This document shows, piece after piece, positions 1-7,229 of a stretch of 43,720 nucleotides of DNA. The DNA lies in IMG/VR virus record IMGVR_UViG_3300043313_001521. One strand, 5' to 3'. The translations under genes were made by a program, and so were the position numbers. This DNA is from a virus. Position 1 is the first letter of the stretch, and every line of letters starts with the position of its first letter. The notes beneath the pieces are model-generated. The model did no database searches. It saw only the letters and a list, made by a program, of their open reading frames with translations, and was not told the origin of the DNA.

Positions 1-69
1 TGGCCAGCTTCTCGGTGGCCTTCTGGACCTCTGACTTGTTCGCCTCTTCGGCGTCCTTCGCCGCCTGGG
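1..69. repeat. Terminal direct repeat, copy 1 (identical to 43652..43720). It marks a circular-assembly overlap or terminal redundancy.
   Basis: Base-by-base comparison of the first 69 nt with the last 69 nt shows identity. The repeat lies inside a coding frame that continues across the junction. Confidence 0.95.
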
Positions 70-265
70 CTAGAGGCTCAAGCTCTCTGAGCTTGCGCTC
101 CAACTCCTTGCGGGCAGTGCGTTCCACGTCCAGGGCCTTCTTGCCGGCGTCGCCGAGCGCCTCTTCGCCGGGGGCTACCGGCTCAGGCGTGGTGACACCG
201 ACGACCACGTTCGTGGGCTCGGCGGGAGCGCCCGGGGGCGCTGCGGGGGCGGGGGCTTCACCCAT
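1..265 (-). CDS. Scaffolding protein, 5' (N-terminal) part. The gene is split by the window edge and continues from 43651 down to 43365.
   Basis: ATG at 265-263 is preceded by AGGAGG. The frame is continuous through the 69-nt overlap into ORF 43365..43613 (total about 183 aa). The protein is Ala/Glu/Lys-rich and helical and sits between the MuF-like and major capsid genes. Confidence 0.7.
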   Translation of the reverse strand, partial: MGEAPAPAAPPGAPAEPTNVVVGVTTPEPVAPGEEALGDAGKKALDVERTARKELERKLRELEPLAQAAKDAEEANKSEVQKATEKLA

Positions 266-313
266 CGCGGGTGACCTCCTGTTGTTGGTCGGGCGCATCG
301 CACGCCCGGCGGA

Positions 314-1063
314 CTAGCGGAGACGGCTGCGGGTTCGGGCCGCGTTGGCCCGTGCGATCGCGCCGGACTCCTTGAGCTCTTTCAGCCGTTCACGCAACAT
401 GGCGTCGGACGAGCCGAGCTCTTCGAGGCGGGCCTTGTTGATGGCCCGGCCCGGGTCGTTGTCGGTCAACACGGCGACGGTCGTGCACTTACAGCCGTGG
501 TGGCCGAAGGTCGCCGACTCCTGGGTGCGGTACATCTGGACAGACACGACCCGGCACCACTCACACGCCTTGGCGCTGATGACCCGGCGCCACCCCCGGA
601 CCTTCGTGCCCGGCTGGTTCATGCGAGCGGTGGCGCCGTCGTTGGTGGCTGAGTAGCCGGTCATCTCGGCCATGCTGGCCCCGGCCTCTTTGGCCTCGGC
701 GTAGGGCATGCCTTCGGACAGGTCGTGCCAGGTGCGCAGGAACGGACCGTCCCACTCGATGGTGGGGGCGACCAGATCGGATGCGGTGATGGCCGAGCCG
801 GTCATCTCCGACAGGTAGGCGGCGGCCAGGTCGGCGGCCTCGTTGACGCCGGCGGTCGTGTACGGGCTGGCCTCGGCGATGAACGCTTCGATGTCGGCCC
901 GGTCGGTGCTGGCCAGGTTGGCGAAGATGTCCCGCAGGGCCAGACCGACCTGTTCGGCGAGCCCGTCGAGCTCGGTGATGTAGGCGAGCGTCAGAGCGAT
1001 CGCTTCGGCTTCGGTGGTGGCGGCTAGAGCGGCGGCCGGGGTGATGTCGGTGACGGTGGCCAT
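314..1063 (-). CDS. MuF-like head morphogenesis / minor capsid protein
   Basis: It lies directly downstream of portal with a start/stop overlap at 1063. The C-terminal Cys/His cluster (CEWCRVVS...FGHHGCKCT) is typical of the SPP1 gp7/MuF family. Confidence 0.7.
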   Translation of the reverse strand: MATVTDITPAAALAATTEAEAIALTLAYITELDGLAEQVGLALRDIFANLASTDRADIEAFIAEASPYTTAGVNEAADLAAAYLSEMTGSAITASDLVAPTIEWDGPFLRTWHDLSEGMPYAEAKEAGASMAEMTGYSATNDGATARMNQPGTKVRGWRRVISAKACEWCRVVSVQMYRTQESATFGHHGCKCTTVAVLTDNDPGRAINKARLEELGSSDAMLRERLKELKESGAIARANAARTRSRLR

Positions 1064-2514
1064 CAGTTGCCCGTGGCGAACTTCTGCTCGATGTTGCTAC
1101 CGGGCGTGCCCTTGTTGGCCAGCAACTTCTTGCGCTTCTCTTCGTCTTCGTCGGGCACCTCGGTGATGCCGAGCGCCTTCTGCCGAGCCAGCTCCCGGGC
1201 CGCCTGGAGCTTCGCCTTGGCCGCTTCGGCCCGCCACAACTGCAGGTCGGCGCCGGTCGTGTCCGGCACCTTCTCCCACAGGGCGCTGGGTGGGATCTCC
1301 AGCATCGTCGCCATCTTGCCCAGGGCGTCGACCTGTTGAGCGATGGAACGTGGGTCGGTGTCCCGCCACCAGATCTGCGCTTCGGTGTCCTGGGCGGCGG
1401 TGGCGTCCCCGGCCGCTACGCCGGCGAGACGGAACGCCTGCTCCCACGCTTCACCGAAGAGCACCTGATGGTCGGCGACCTTCTTGGCGAGCGTCGTATC
1501 GGCCGCGAGGAGCGCTTCGGCGCTGAGGTTCACGAGGTCGCCGAGCAGGTAGTGCGGTGGCGTCTGGGACAACAGCCCGTAGACCCGCAGCGACTGCTCG
1601 ATCGCTTCCACGATGTTCTTCAAGTTGGCCTCGGGGAGCGAACCGAACTTGGCGTTCTCGTCCCCGGTGATCCAGAGCGACTTGGCGAAGGCGGCCAGGT
1701 CGACCATCGGGTTCCCGTCGGCGTCGGTCTGCATGTAGAGACCCGTCGCCCACTTCTGCGGGGCCGCCGCGTAGGTCTGCGCCACCAGCAGGTCGAAGAC
1801 CGTTTGGTTGAGCCGGTCCTGGATCGGGATGCAGGGACCGACCTCACCGTCGGGGTATCGGGTCAGGTTCCAGTGGTTGCGGAACGGCACGATCGGGCAC
1901 TCGCCGAGGTCGTGGACCGTCATCTCCTCGATGATCACCGACGCCCCCGTGGAGCGCACCACGTAGCGGGCGTGGTCATCGAGCACGTGCCAGATCTGCA
2001 GATCCTCCTGGCTGGTCACCTCGGCCCGGGTGCCCTGCTTGAGCGCCAGGAACGGCCAGTCATCGGAGTGGTCCTCAAAGCCCAGCCACCACTCGGCCGG
2101 GGACACGGGACGCATCAACGGGACCGGCTCGCCGTCCTTCTCGGCCGGCAACACCATGCAGCCGGCGTAGCCGTACTTGGCCGCTTCGTCATAGAGCGCC
2201 TTCTGGCGGGCGTCGAGCCCGTTGGCCTGCCACCACTCCCACTGCGGGGCGTTCTCTACGCTGATCTTCGACGGCCGGAACCCGTCCACGATCAGGCGTT
2301 GGGTGAGCGTGTTCACGACCAGCCGGGTCAGGTTCGTGGTGGCCCGGGAGACCAGCTCCTTGAACTCCCGGGTGGCCGTCGCCGGCTCGTAGGGCTTGCG
2401 CTGGATGCCCGTGTAGTAGAGCTCGAACCACGAGAGCCGGGACCACTCCATCTGAGCGACCGGCCCCCACGTCTTGACGGCGTCAGCGATCTCACGTTCA
2501 CCGTTGAGACGCAT
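1063..2514 (-). CDS. Portal protein
   Basis: About 483 aa, taken from the internal Met (MRLNGEREI...) of ORF 1063..2559. It sits between terminase and MuF, and its size and acidic C-terminus are typical of SPP1-type portals. Confidence 0.85.
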   Translation of the reverse strand: MRLNGEREIADAVKTWGPVAQMEWSRLSWFELYYTGIQRKPYEPATATREFKELVSRATTNLTRLVVNTLTQRLIVDGFRPSKISVENAPQWEWWQANGLDARQKALYDEAAKYGYAGCMVLPAEKDGEPVPLMRPVSPAEWWLGFEDHSDDWPFLALKQGTRAEVTSQEDLQIWHVLDDHARYVVRSTGASVIIEEMTVHDLGECPIVPFRNHWNLTRYPDGEVGPCIPIQDRLNQTVFDLLVAQTYAAAPQKWATGLYMQTDADGNPMVDLAAFAKSLWITGDENAKFGSLPEANLKNIVEAIEQSLRVYGLLSQTPPHYLLGDLVNLSAEALLAADTTLAKKVADHQVLFGEAWEQAFRLAGVAAGDATAAQDTEAQIWWRDTDPRSIAQQVDALGKMATMLEIPPSALWEKVPDTTGADLQLWRAEAAKAKLQAARELARQKALGITEVPDEDEEKRKKLLANKGTPGSNIEQKFATGN

Positions 2515-2577
2515 CAGAGTTTCCGATCTGCTCACGGGCGTCGGATGTGGCCAACACACGCCGGGTCGATGGGCGCA

Positions 2578-4191
2578 TCAGACCCCCACGAACCAGGACG
2601 GCCGGCGGGCGTTGAGCATCCCCTTCGAGATGCAGTCCCGGCGGGCCTCAGATGAGATGACCGCAGCCATGGCGGCGTCGATCTTGTTGGGCGAGTGCGG
2701 CCGGTCCTTGGTGAGCGTGTACAGGTTGCGGCCGTCGTCATCGGTGGCCGGCAACAGCTTGCGCCGGGCGTTGCCGATGTGGCGGGCGAAGACCGAATCG
2801 CCGTCGTGGGTGACATCACCCGATGCCACCGCCGACACGTAGAACCCGACGGCGTCACCGAGGCGACGAGAGCGCAGGTTCGTCACGAAGTCCGCCACCC
2901 GGTCCTTGCCGTAACGGCCCTCCCACCGGTCGGTCAGATGCTCGATCTTCTGGGGGTCCGAGTAGATGAGCCCGACGTTGAACCGGTCGAAGGCTTCCAT
3001 CACGGCGGCGTCGGCCAGCTCGAAGTCGTGCTCGTAGTCGTCACCCACGCCGGCCGGGCGCTCCAGGATGCACAGGGGCCACTGGTGGAACCCGTCGACC
3101 GTGGTGGCGATGATGGCCAGAGCGTCCTGGTAGCGGGCGCCGTCCACGCCGATGGCGATGAGCGTGCCGTCGGGGACGACCAGGCCGGGCCTTGCTGCGT
3201 TGCGCCAGGCTTCGAGGTCGAAGGCGACATCTTCGCCGGCATGCACCCGGTTGAGAAAGAACCGCTCGGCCTGGGCCGGGTCCCGTTTGAGCAACGCCTC
3301 AATCTCCACGTCGATACGGTCCAGGTCGACCCAGCCTTTCCACGTCTTGCCGTTGCGCACCGAGTCGCCGTAGGCGTGGCGCATCGCCTTGCGCCGTTCG
3401 GCCTTGTTGCGCACCGACCCACCGATGGGCGGCGGATAGTCGACGTAGACGCCCACAGGGTTCTCGTAGGTGTCCTGAGCAACGCTGTCATCGACCAGCG
3501 CCCAGGCGTTGGTCGTGTCCAGGAACCGCCCACCCATGCCCGACAGGTTCCTGCGCTGGTTGTCAGCCAAGCGCTTGCCGCCGTTGCGCTCGACCCAACC
3601 GTGGCCTTCGTCCCCGAGCACGAAGGTGACACGCTGGCCGAGCCGTGAGAGCGCCGACGCCGTCACCGGCTCGATCAGGCCACCGCCGGGCAGGTTGATG
3701 CGGGTGATGCCCGTGTCGGGGAGCTCAGCGTCCAACGGACCGAAGCGGATCATCGGCAGGAGAGCCCGGTAGACGTTGGCCGTCTGGTCCTCGCTGATGG
3801 CCGTGATCTGGATGTGCGGTGTGGGCCACGGACGACCCACTGGCCGACCGTCGGAGTCCCACCCGTCAGGCAACGCCGGGCCGCACGCCTCAAACAGGAT
3901 GATGGCCGCCGAGAACGGACCCTTGCCCCACTTCTGGGGCCGCACCAACAAGGACCCACGCTCATTGTGGAAGCGTGGGCCGGACCACTTCATGGACTTG
4001 CCGGTCGGCTGCAGCCGGTAGTGGTGGACCAGGAACTTGACCATCTCGTCGGTCAGGCGGAACGGCTCGCCGAGCTGGTCGCCGTCAGGGATCACGCACA
4101 TCTCTTCGATCCACTGCCAGGCGACGATGCCCAACGTGGGGAAGTCGAGGCCCGTCTCTGCCAGCTCAGCGTCCGCTCCCCGCCAGGTCAT
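2578..4191 (-). CDS. terL: Terminase large subunit
   Basis: About 537 aa, starting at Met107 of ORF 2578..4509 (MTWRGADAELAE...) with a TGATG overlap on the upstream gene. Position and size fit an ATPase/nuclease terminase. The upstream 106 codons overlap the methylase gene. Confidence 0.85.
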   Translation of the reverse strand: MTWRGADAELAETGLDFPTLGIVAWQWIEEMCVIPDGDQLGEPFRLTDEMVKFLVHHYRLQPTGKSMKWSGPRFHNERGSLLVRPQKWGKGPFSAAIILFEACGPALPDGWDSDGRPVGRPWPTPHIQITAISEDQTANVYRALLPMIRFGPLDAELPDTGITRINLPGGGLIEPVTASALSRLGQRVTFVLGDEGHGWVERNGGKRLADNQRRNLSGMGGRFLDTTNAWALVDDSVAQDTYENPVGVYVDYPPPIGGSVRNKAERRKAMRHAYGDSVRNGKTWKGWVDLDRIDVEIEALLKRDPAQAERFFLNRVHAGEDVAFDLEAWRNAARPGLVVPDGTLIAIGVDGARYQDALAIIATTVDGFHQWPLCILERPAGVGDDYEHDFELADAAVMEAFDRFNVGLIYSDPQKIEHLTDRWEGRYGKDRVADFVTNLRSRRLGDAVGFYVSAVASGDVTHDGDSVFARHIGNARRKLLPATDDDGRNLYTLTKDRPHSPNKIDAAMAAVISSEARRDCISKGMLNARRPSWFVGV

Positions 4192-4898
4192 CAGTCCCGA
4201 GTCCAGAGGTGTTCGGGACGTGGGGTCGTGCTGTAGGCGTGGTGCACGGTCGCCTGCCGTTCGGTCGACCAAATGGACTCCCAGCCCTTGGGTGCATCGA
4301 ACTCGGAGACGAACACCCGGGCGCCGTTGTCCACCCACAGGGCCATGGTCGACCAGAACTGGTCGACGTCGAACTTGAAGCTGGTGCCGGCGTAGGACAT
4401 CGCATCGGCGTAGGGCGGGTCGCAGTAGACCGTCGCCTTGGGCTCGGGCACGATGTCGAGGTAGTCGGAGTGACGGATGGTGGCGCCGGTCAGGTTCCGG
4501 CGCTTGCACAAGGTCGCCCGCTGCGCTTCTGCGAGGTAGTCACGGCCAGCCGACTCGGCCACCGGCCCGTAGCCGCCGAACCATTTGCCGTTGTAGGAAG
4601 CGGCGAAGCCCGCCCACGCACGGAGAGCTGACGGTTCAGAGCTGGATCTCAGCTCGTCGTAGCGGTCGTGTGAGAGATGGCAAGGCGGGACCCACCCGTC
4701 AACGACGTCCCGCCAGAGCTCCACGACATCGGGATGGGCATCGGAAGGGACGGACCGCTCATACCACGGCACCATCTCGCAGGCCACCGACGCGGCGCCC
4801 AGGAACGGCTCGATGTAGGTGTGCCGCTCGACGCCGGAACCGATGATGACGTCGGCGATGCGGCTGGCCGTCCGGGCCTTGCCGCCGATGTAGCGCAC
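4191..4898 (-). CDS. dam: DNA N6-adenine methyltransferase (Dam / D12 class)
   Basis: N-terminal RYIGGK...IEPFLGAASV (SAM-binding FxGxG-like) and a DPPY catalytic motif. GTG start overlaps the terS stop, and its own stop overlaps the terL start. Confidence 0.8.
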   Translation of the reverse strand: MRYIGGKARTASRIADVIIGSGVERHTYIEPFLGAASVACEMVPWYERSVPSDAHPDVVELWRDVVDGWVPPCHLSHDRYDELRSSSEPSALRAWAGFAASYNGKWFGGYGPVAESAGRDYLAEAQRATLCKRRNLTGATIRHSDYLDIVPEPKATVYCDPPYADAMSYAGTSFKFDVDQFWSTMALWVDNGARVFVSEFDAPKGWESIWSTERQATVHHAYSTTPRPEHLWTRD

Positions 4899-5362
4899 TA
4901 GTCCCGCATGTTCTTCAGCCGGTTGCGGATGTCGGTCACCCCGGCGCTCGTCGGCATCTCCTGCGCCGGCTCGTCCGCTACGAAGGCGTAGTGGAGCTTG
5001 GCGGCGGCGGCAGGGGTGAGCCCGAAAGCGTCGTCCATGCGCAGGATCAGCGGCAGGATGCGCACGGCCGTGTCGGTCGCCTTCTGGTCGCCATCGGCGT
5101 CACCTTCGAGCGCTTCGACCCACTGGTCCTCCAACTGGGCTCGCTTGGCCAACGGCTCGATGAAGCCCGGATGCCAGAGCGTCGCCTGAGGTGTGGCCCA
5201 TGCCCATCGCCACCAACGCCTGCCCGCAGCCCCCAAGCGCACCGGACACTTCGGCGGCGTGCCCTGCCGGCCGGTGAGCGGCAGTCGGTGCGCGGCCTGA
5301 GACGCCGAGACATCCCGTCTACGGCGCCGTGCATCCGGTGGCTTGGGGACTGGGTTGGCCAT
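4898..5362 (-). CDS. terS: Terminase small subunit, P27 family
   Basis: 154 aa lying between the HNH and terminase large subunit genes. Basic N-terminus, then a GRRWWRWAW...DDAFGLTPAAAAKL pattern typical of P27-type small terminases. Confidence 0.65.
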   Translation of the reverse strand: MANPVPKPPDARRRRRDVSASQAAHRLPLTGRQGTPPKCPVRLGAAGRRWWRWAWATPQATLWHPGFIEPLAKRAQLEDQWVEALEGDADGDQKATDTAVRILPLILRMDDAFGLTPAAAAKLHYAFVADEPAQEMPTSAGVTDIRNRLKNMRD

Positions 5363-5634
5363 CAGCTCTTGGTGGGCTTCGAGCTATGGGTGGTCGGGTG
5401 GGTGCTGCCCTTGGGCTTGTCGCCGGTCTCGGTCGACCTACGGCTGGGGCCGGCGTCGGGAGCGTCCTTGCCGCTGTACTTCTCGGCCGCCTCCTTGTTG
5501 AGCTGCGCCTGTTGCTCCCGCTCTTCGAGCTGGCGCTTGTTCTCGGCTTCGACCTGCTCTTCCCTGAAGCCCTCAGGCTCCGGTTCGGGCTGGGGTCCCG
5601 TGCCCGGAGTGCCGGGCAGGCTCGGATCGCTCAT
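5362..5634 (-). CDS. Hypothetical, highly charged Pro/Glu/Lys-rich protein (90 aa)
   Basis: Internal Met of ORF 5362..5943. ATGA overlap with the HNH stop at 5631-5634, and its end abuts the terS start. Confidence 0.55.
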   Translation of the reverse strand: MSDPSLPGTPGTGPQPEPEPEGFREEQVEAENKRQLEEREQQAQLNKEAAEKYSGKDAPDAGPSRRSTETGDKPKGSTHPTTHSSKPTKS

Positions 5635-5954
5635 GGGCGGTATCTCCCTTGCGTGGAGCCCCCTTCGTGACCGGACTTGGCTCTGTCGCAGTCCAGGCAG
5701 ATGGCGGCCAGGTTGGATAGGCGGTGGTCGTCTCCGGCGATGACGTGGTCGACCCGGTTGCCGTAGCGCCCACAGATGTGGCACGTGTAGCGGTCCCGTC
5801 GGAGCACCTGACGGCGCAGGCCGTTCCAGTTGGCCGGGAGTCGCTCCCGACGGGTCGATGTGGCATAGGGGGCCGGTGCGTGGGTGTCGCAATAGGTCGT
5901 TGACACCAGGACCGGGCACCGGGGTTCGGCGCAAGGTCCCCATTTGCGAGGCAC
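5631..5954 (-). CDS. HNH endonuclease (terminase-associated)
   Basis: CHICG...VDHV...NL..ICLDCDRAKSGHEG motif. GTG start with a GAGAGGTGGG Shine-Dalgarno sequence. The HNH-terS-terL arrangement is typical of cos phages. Confidence 0.85.
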   Translation of the reverse strand: MPRKWGPCAEPRCPVLVSTTYCDTHAPAPYATSTRRERLPANWNGLRRQVLRRDRYTCHICGRYGNRVDHVIAGDDHRLSNLAAICLDCDRAKSGHEGGSTQGRYRP

Positions 5955-5991
5955 CTATGGCCCACCTCTCACCACTAGCCGTATGACAGGG

Positions 5992-6021
5992 GTTATAGAC
6001 CTAAAGCTTGGTTGATGTCTA
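5992..6021 (-). promoter_or_regulatory. Candidate housekeeping-sigma promoter for the HNH/terminase/structural operon
   Basis: Read on the minus strand: TAGACA (6021-6016), an 18-nt spacer, then TATAAC (5997-5992). This sits about 30 nt upstream of the HNH ribosome-binding site and GTG. Confidence 0.35.
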
Positions 6022-6134
6022 GGGCTAAGTGCTTGTGGACATCCCTGGGGACAAGCAGGGGGCTAGCGAGAAACCCCTGGTCCTGTACCTGAGTTGTATG
6101 TCCAAACAAACACAGTGGTGCATATAGAAACAGA

Positions 6135-6158
6135 TGCCTGTATTAAGAAATACAGGCA
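6135..6158. promoter_or_regulatory. Perfect palindrome tgcctgtatt-aaga-aatacaggca (operator or hairpin)
   Basis: 10-bp arms that are exact reverse complements, separated by 4 nt, located in the AT-rich control region. Confidence 0.6.
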
Positions 6159-6461
6159 GGTCTTTGAGCTATAAATCAGCTTGTCCATACAAAGAAGCCC
6201 TGGCCTCACCGGTCAGGGTGGCGCACGTTTGGGGGAGACCCCCCTCCCCCAAGTTGGGGAGACGGAAATGGGCTCGATGACCCATTGATCCGCCTGCGCC
6301 AGAGTCGTCCGGCCTATTTATGAGCCGTTTCTGCGGCTGGCACGAGCCCGTTCATCCGCTAACCGATCAAGCGCTAACCCTCACGGCTAACGAGAACGGT
6401 CCGACCGGTTGCTCAACACCCCGAGCCGGCACCGAGCCGGCCGAGCACCGGAGAGCAACCA

Positions 6462-7145
6462 ATGCACGCAACCGACATCCTCGCCTACACCTACGAGTCC
6501 GAGCTCTACTGCGCCGACCATGGCCGCGACCTGGACGTGCAGCTGCACGAGAATTGCCCCGAGCCGGACACGTGCACCGAGTGCAGTGCTCACCCGGTCT
6601 TCGCCGATACGTGCGACCTGGACATGATCGAATACTGCAGCCACGGCCATTCCTTCTGCGGCAACTGCGGCTCGGACCTGGACCATGAGGACATCAACGG
6701 GCACCTCGGCCGGTGCGGCAACTGCGGCACCGAGTCGGTCTTCGTGGACGGCCACGGCTTCGACTACTGCGGCTCGGGCATCGCCGCTTGGGAGGACGTG
6801 CGAGAGACGCACAAGGTCCAGGTGTACGGCATCTCGGCCTACTGCCAGACCGGCTCGGACGGCTACACCACCGTGGACGCCGTGGTGGACGTGTCCGGTC
6901 TGGACCTCACCAAGCTGCACGCCTACATCGCTTGGCTCGGCCACGATCCCTCGGCCGGCACCGTGCTCATCCTGGCGGAGAGCTTCGAGGACGCCTCGGG
7001 TGAGGTCGACACGCACTTCGAGGACGCGCTGGACGTCTCTCTGGCCGCCGATGAGGATGAGGCCGAGGGCATGCGCTCGGACCACCGGATGGACACCGTG
7101 GTGGCCGAGGTCCGTACCGACCAAATCTGGTTCACCACGAAGTGA
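6462..7145 (+). CDS. Cys/His-rich acidic protein of unknown function (227 aa)
   Basis: High GC3 frame with a GGAGAG ribosome-binding site upstream of the ATG. Twelve Cys, including two CGNCG motifs, and an Asp/Glu-rich C-terminal third. It has its own terminator and is one of very few plus-strand genes. Confidence 0.75.
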   Translation: MHATDILAYTYESELYCADHGRDLDVQLHENCPEPDTCTECSAHPVFADTCDLDMIEYCSHGHSFCGNCGSDLDHEDINGHLGRCGNCGTESVFVDGHGFDYCGSGIAAWEDVRETHKVQVYGISAYCQTGSDGYTTVDAVVDVSGLDLTKLHAYIAWLGHDPSAGTVLILAESFEDASGEVDTHFEDALDVSLAADEDEAEGMRSDHRMDTVVAEVRTDQIWFTTK

Positions 7146-7177
7146 CAGACCGGTCACCGGCCGGAGAGCAGGAAGTA

Positions 7178-7207
7178 GACGACCCACGGTTCCGACCGTG
7201 GGTCGTC
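7178..7207 (+). terminator. Intrinsic-type terminator hairpin for gene 6462..7145
   Basis: gacgacccacgg-ttccga-ccgtgggtcgtc forms a perfect 12-bp stem. It lies 33 nt after the stop codon and is followed by ctcttcgtg. Confidence 0.7.
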
Positions 7208-7229
7208 CTCTTCGTGAGCTTGGACCGCA

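Larger units (their letters stand above)
5955..6461. promoter_or_regulatory. Low-GC intergenic control region: probable cos/packaging site plus divergent promoters
   Basis: About 500 nt with no convincing ORF and clearly lower GC than the rest. It lies upstream of the HNH/terminase operon and of the plus-strand gene at 6462. It contains palindromes and repeated TGTCCA and GCTAAC words. Confidence 0.5.

Noticed and set aside
15-317. Plus-strand ORF 15..317
   Set aside because: It is antisense to the scaffold gene, whose frame is continuous across the terminal overlap and has an AGGAGG ribosome-binding site. The product is Ser/Ala-rich and low in complexity.
1336-2655. Long alternative-frame or antisense ORFs over real genes. 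Examples: 1336..2655 +, 12105..13787 +, 17028..18536 +, 20122..21171 +, 22031..23164 +, 36558..37739 +, 37893..39116 +, 9740..10969 -.
   Set aside because: These are typical high-GC artefacts. The products are Arg/Gly/Pro/His-rich and low in complexity. They lie opposite or out of frame to ORFs with clear family motifs and tight start/stop coupling, and no ribosome-binding sites are seen.
6320-6688. Plus-strand ORF 6320..6688, overlapping the start of gene 6462..7145
   Set aside because: It is in a different frame from the well-supported 6462 ORF. The upstream 140 nt have low GC3 and contain the GCTAAC repeats, so a regulatory leader is more likely.
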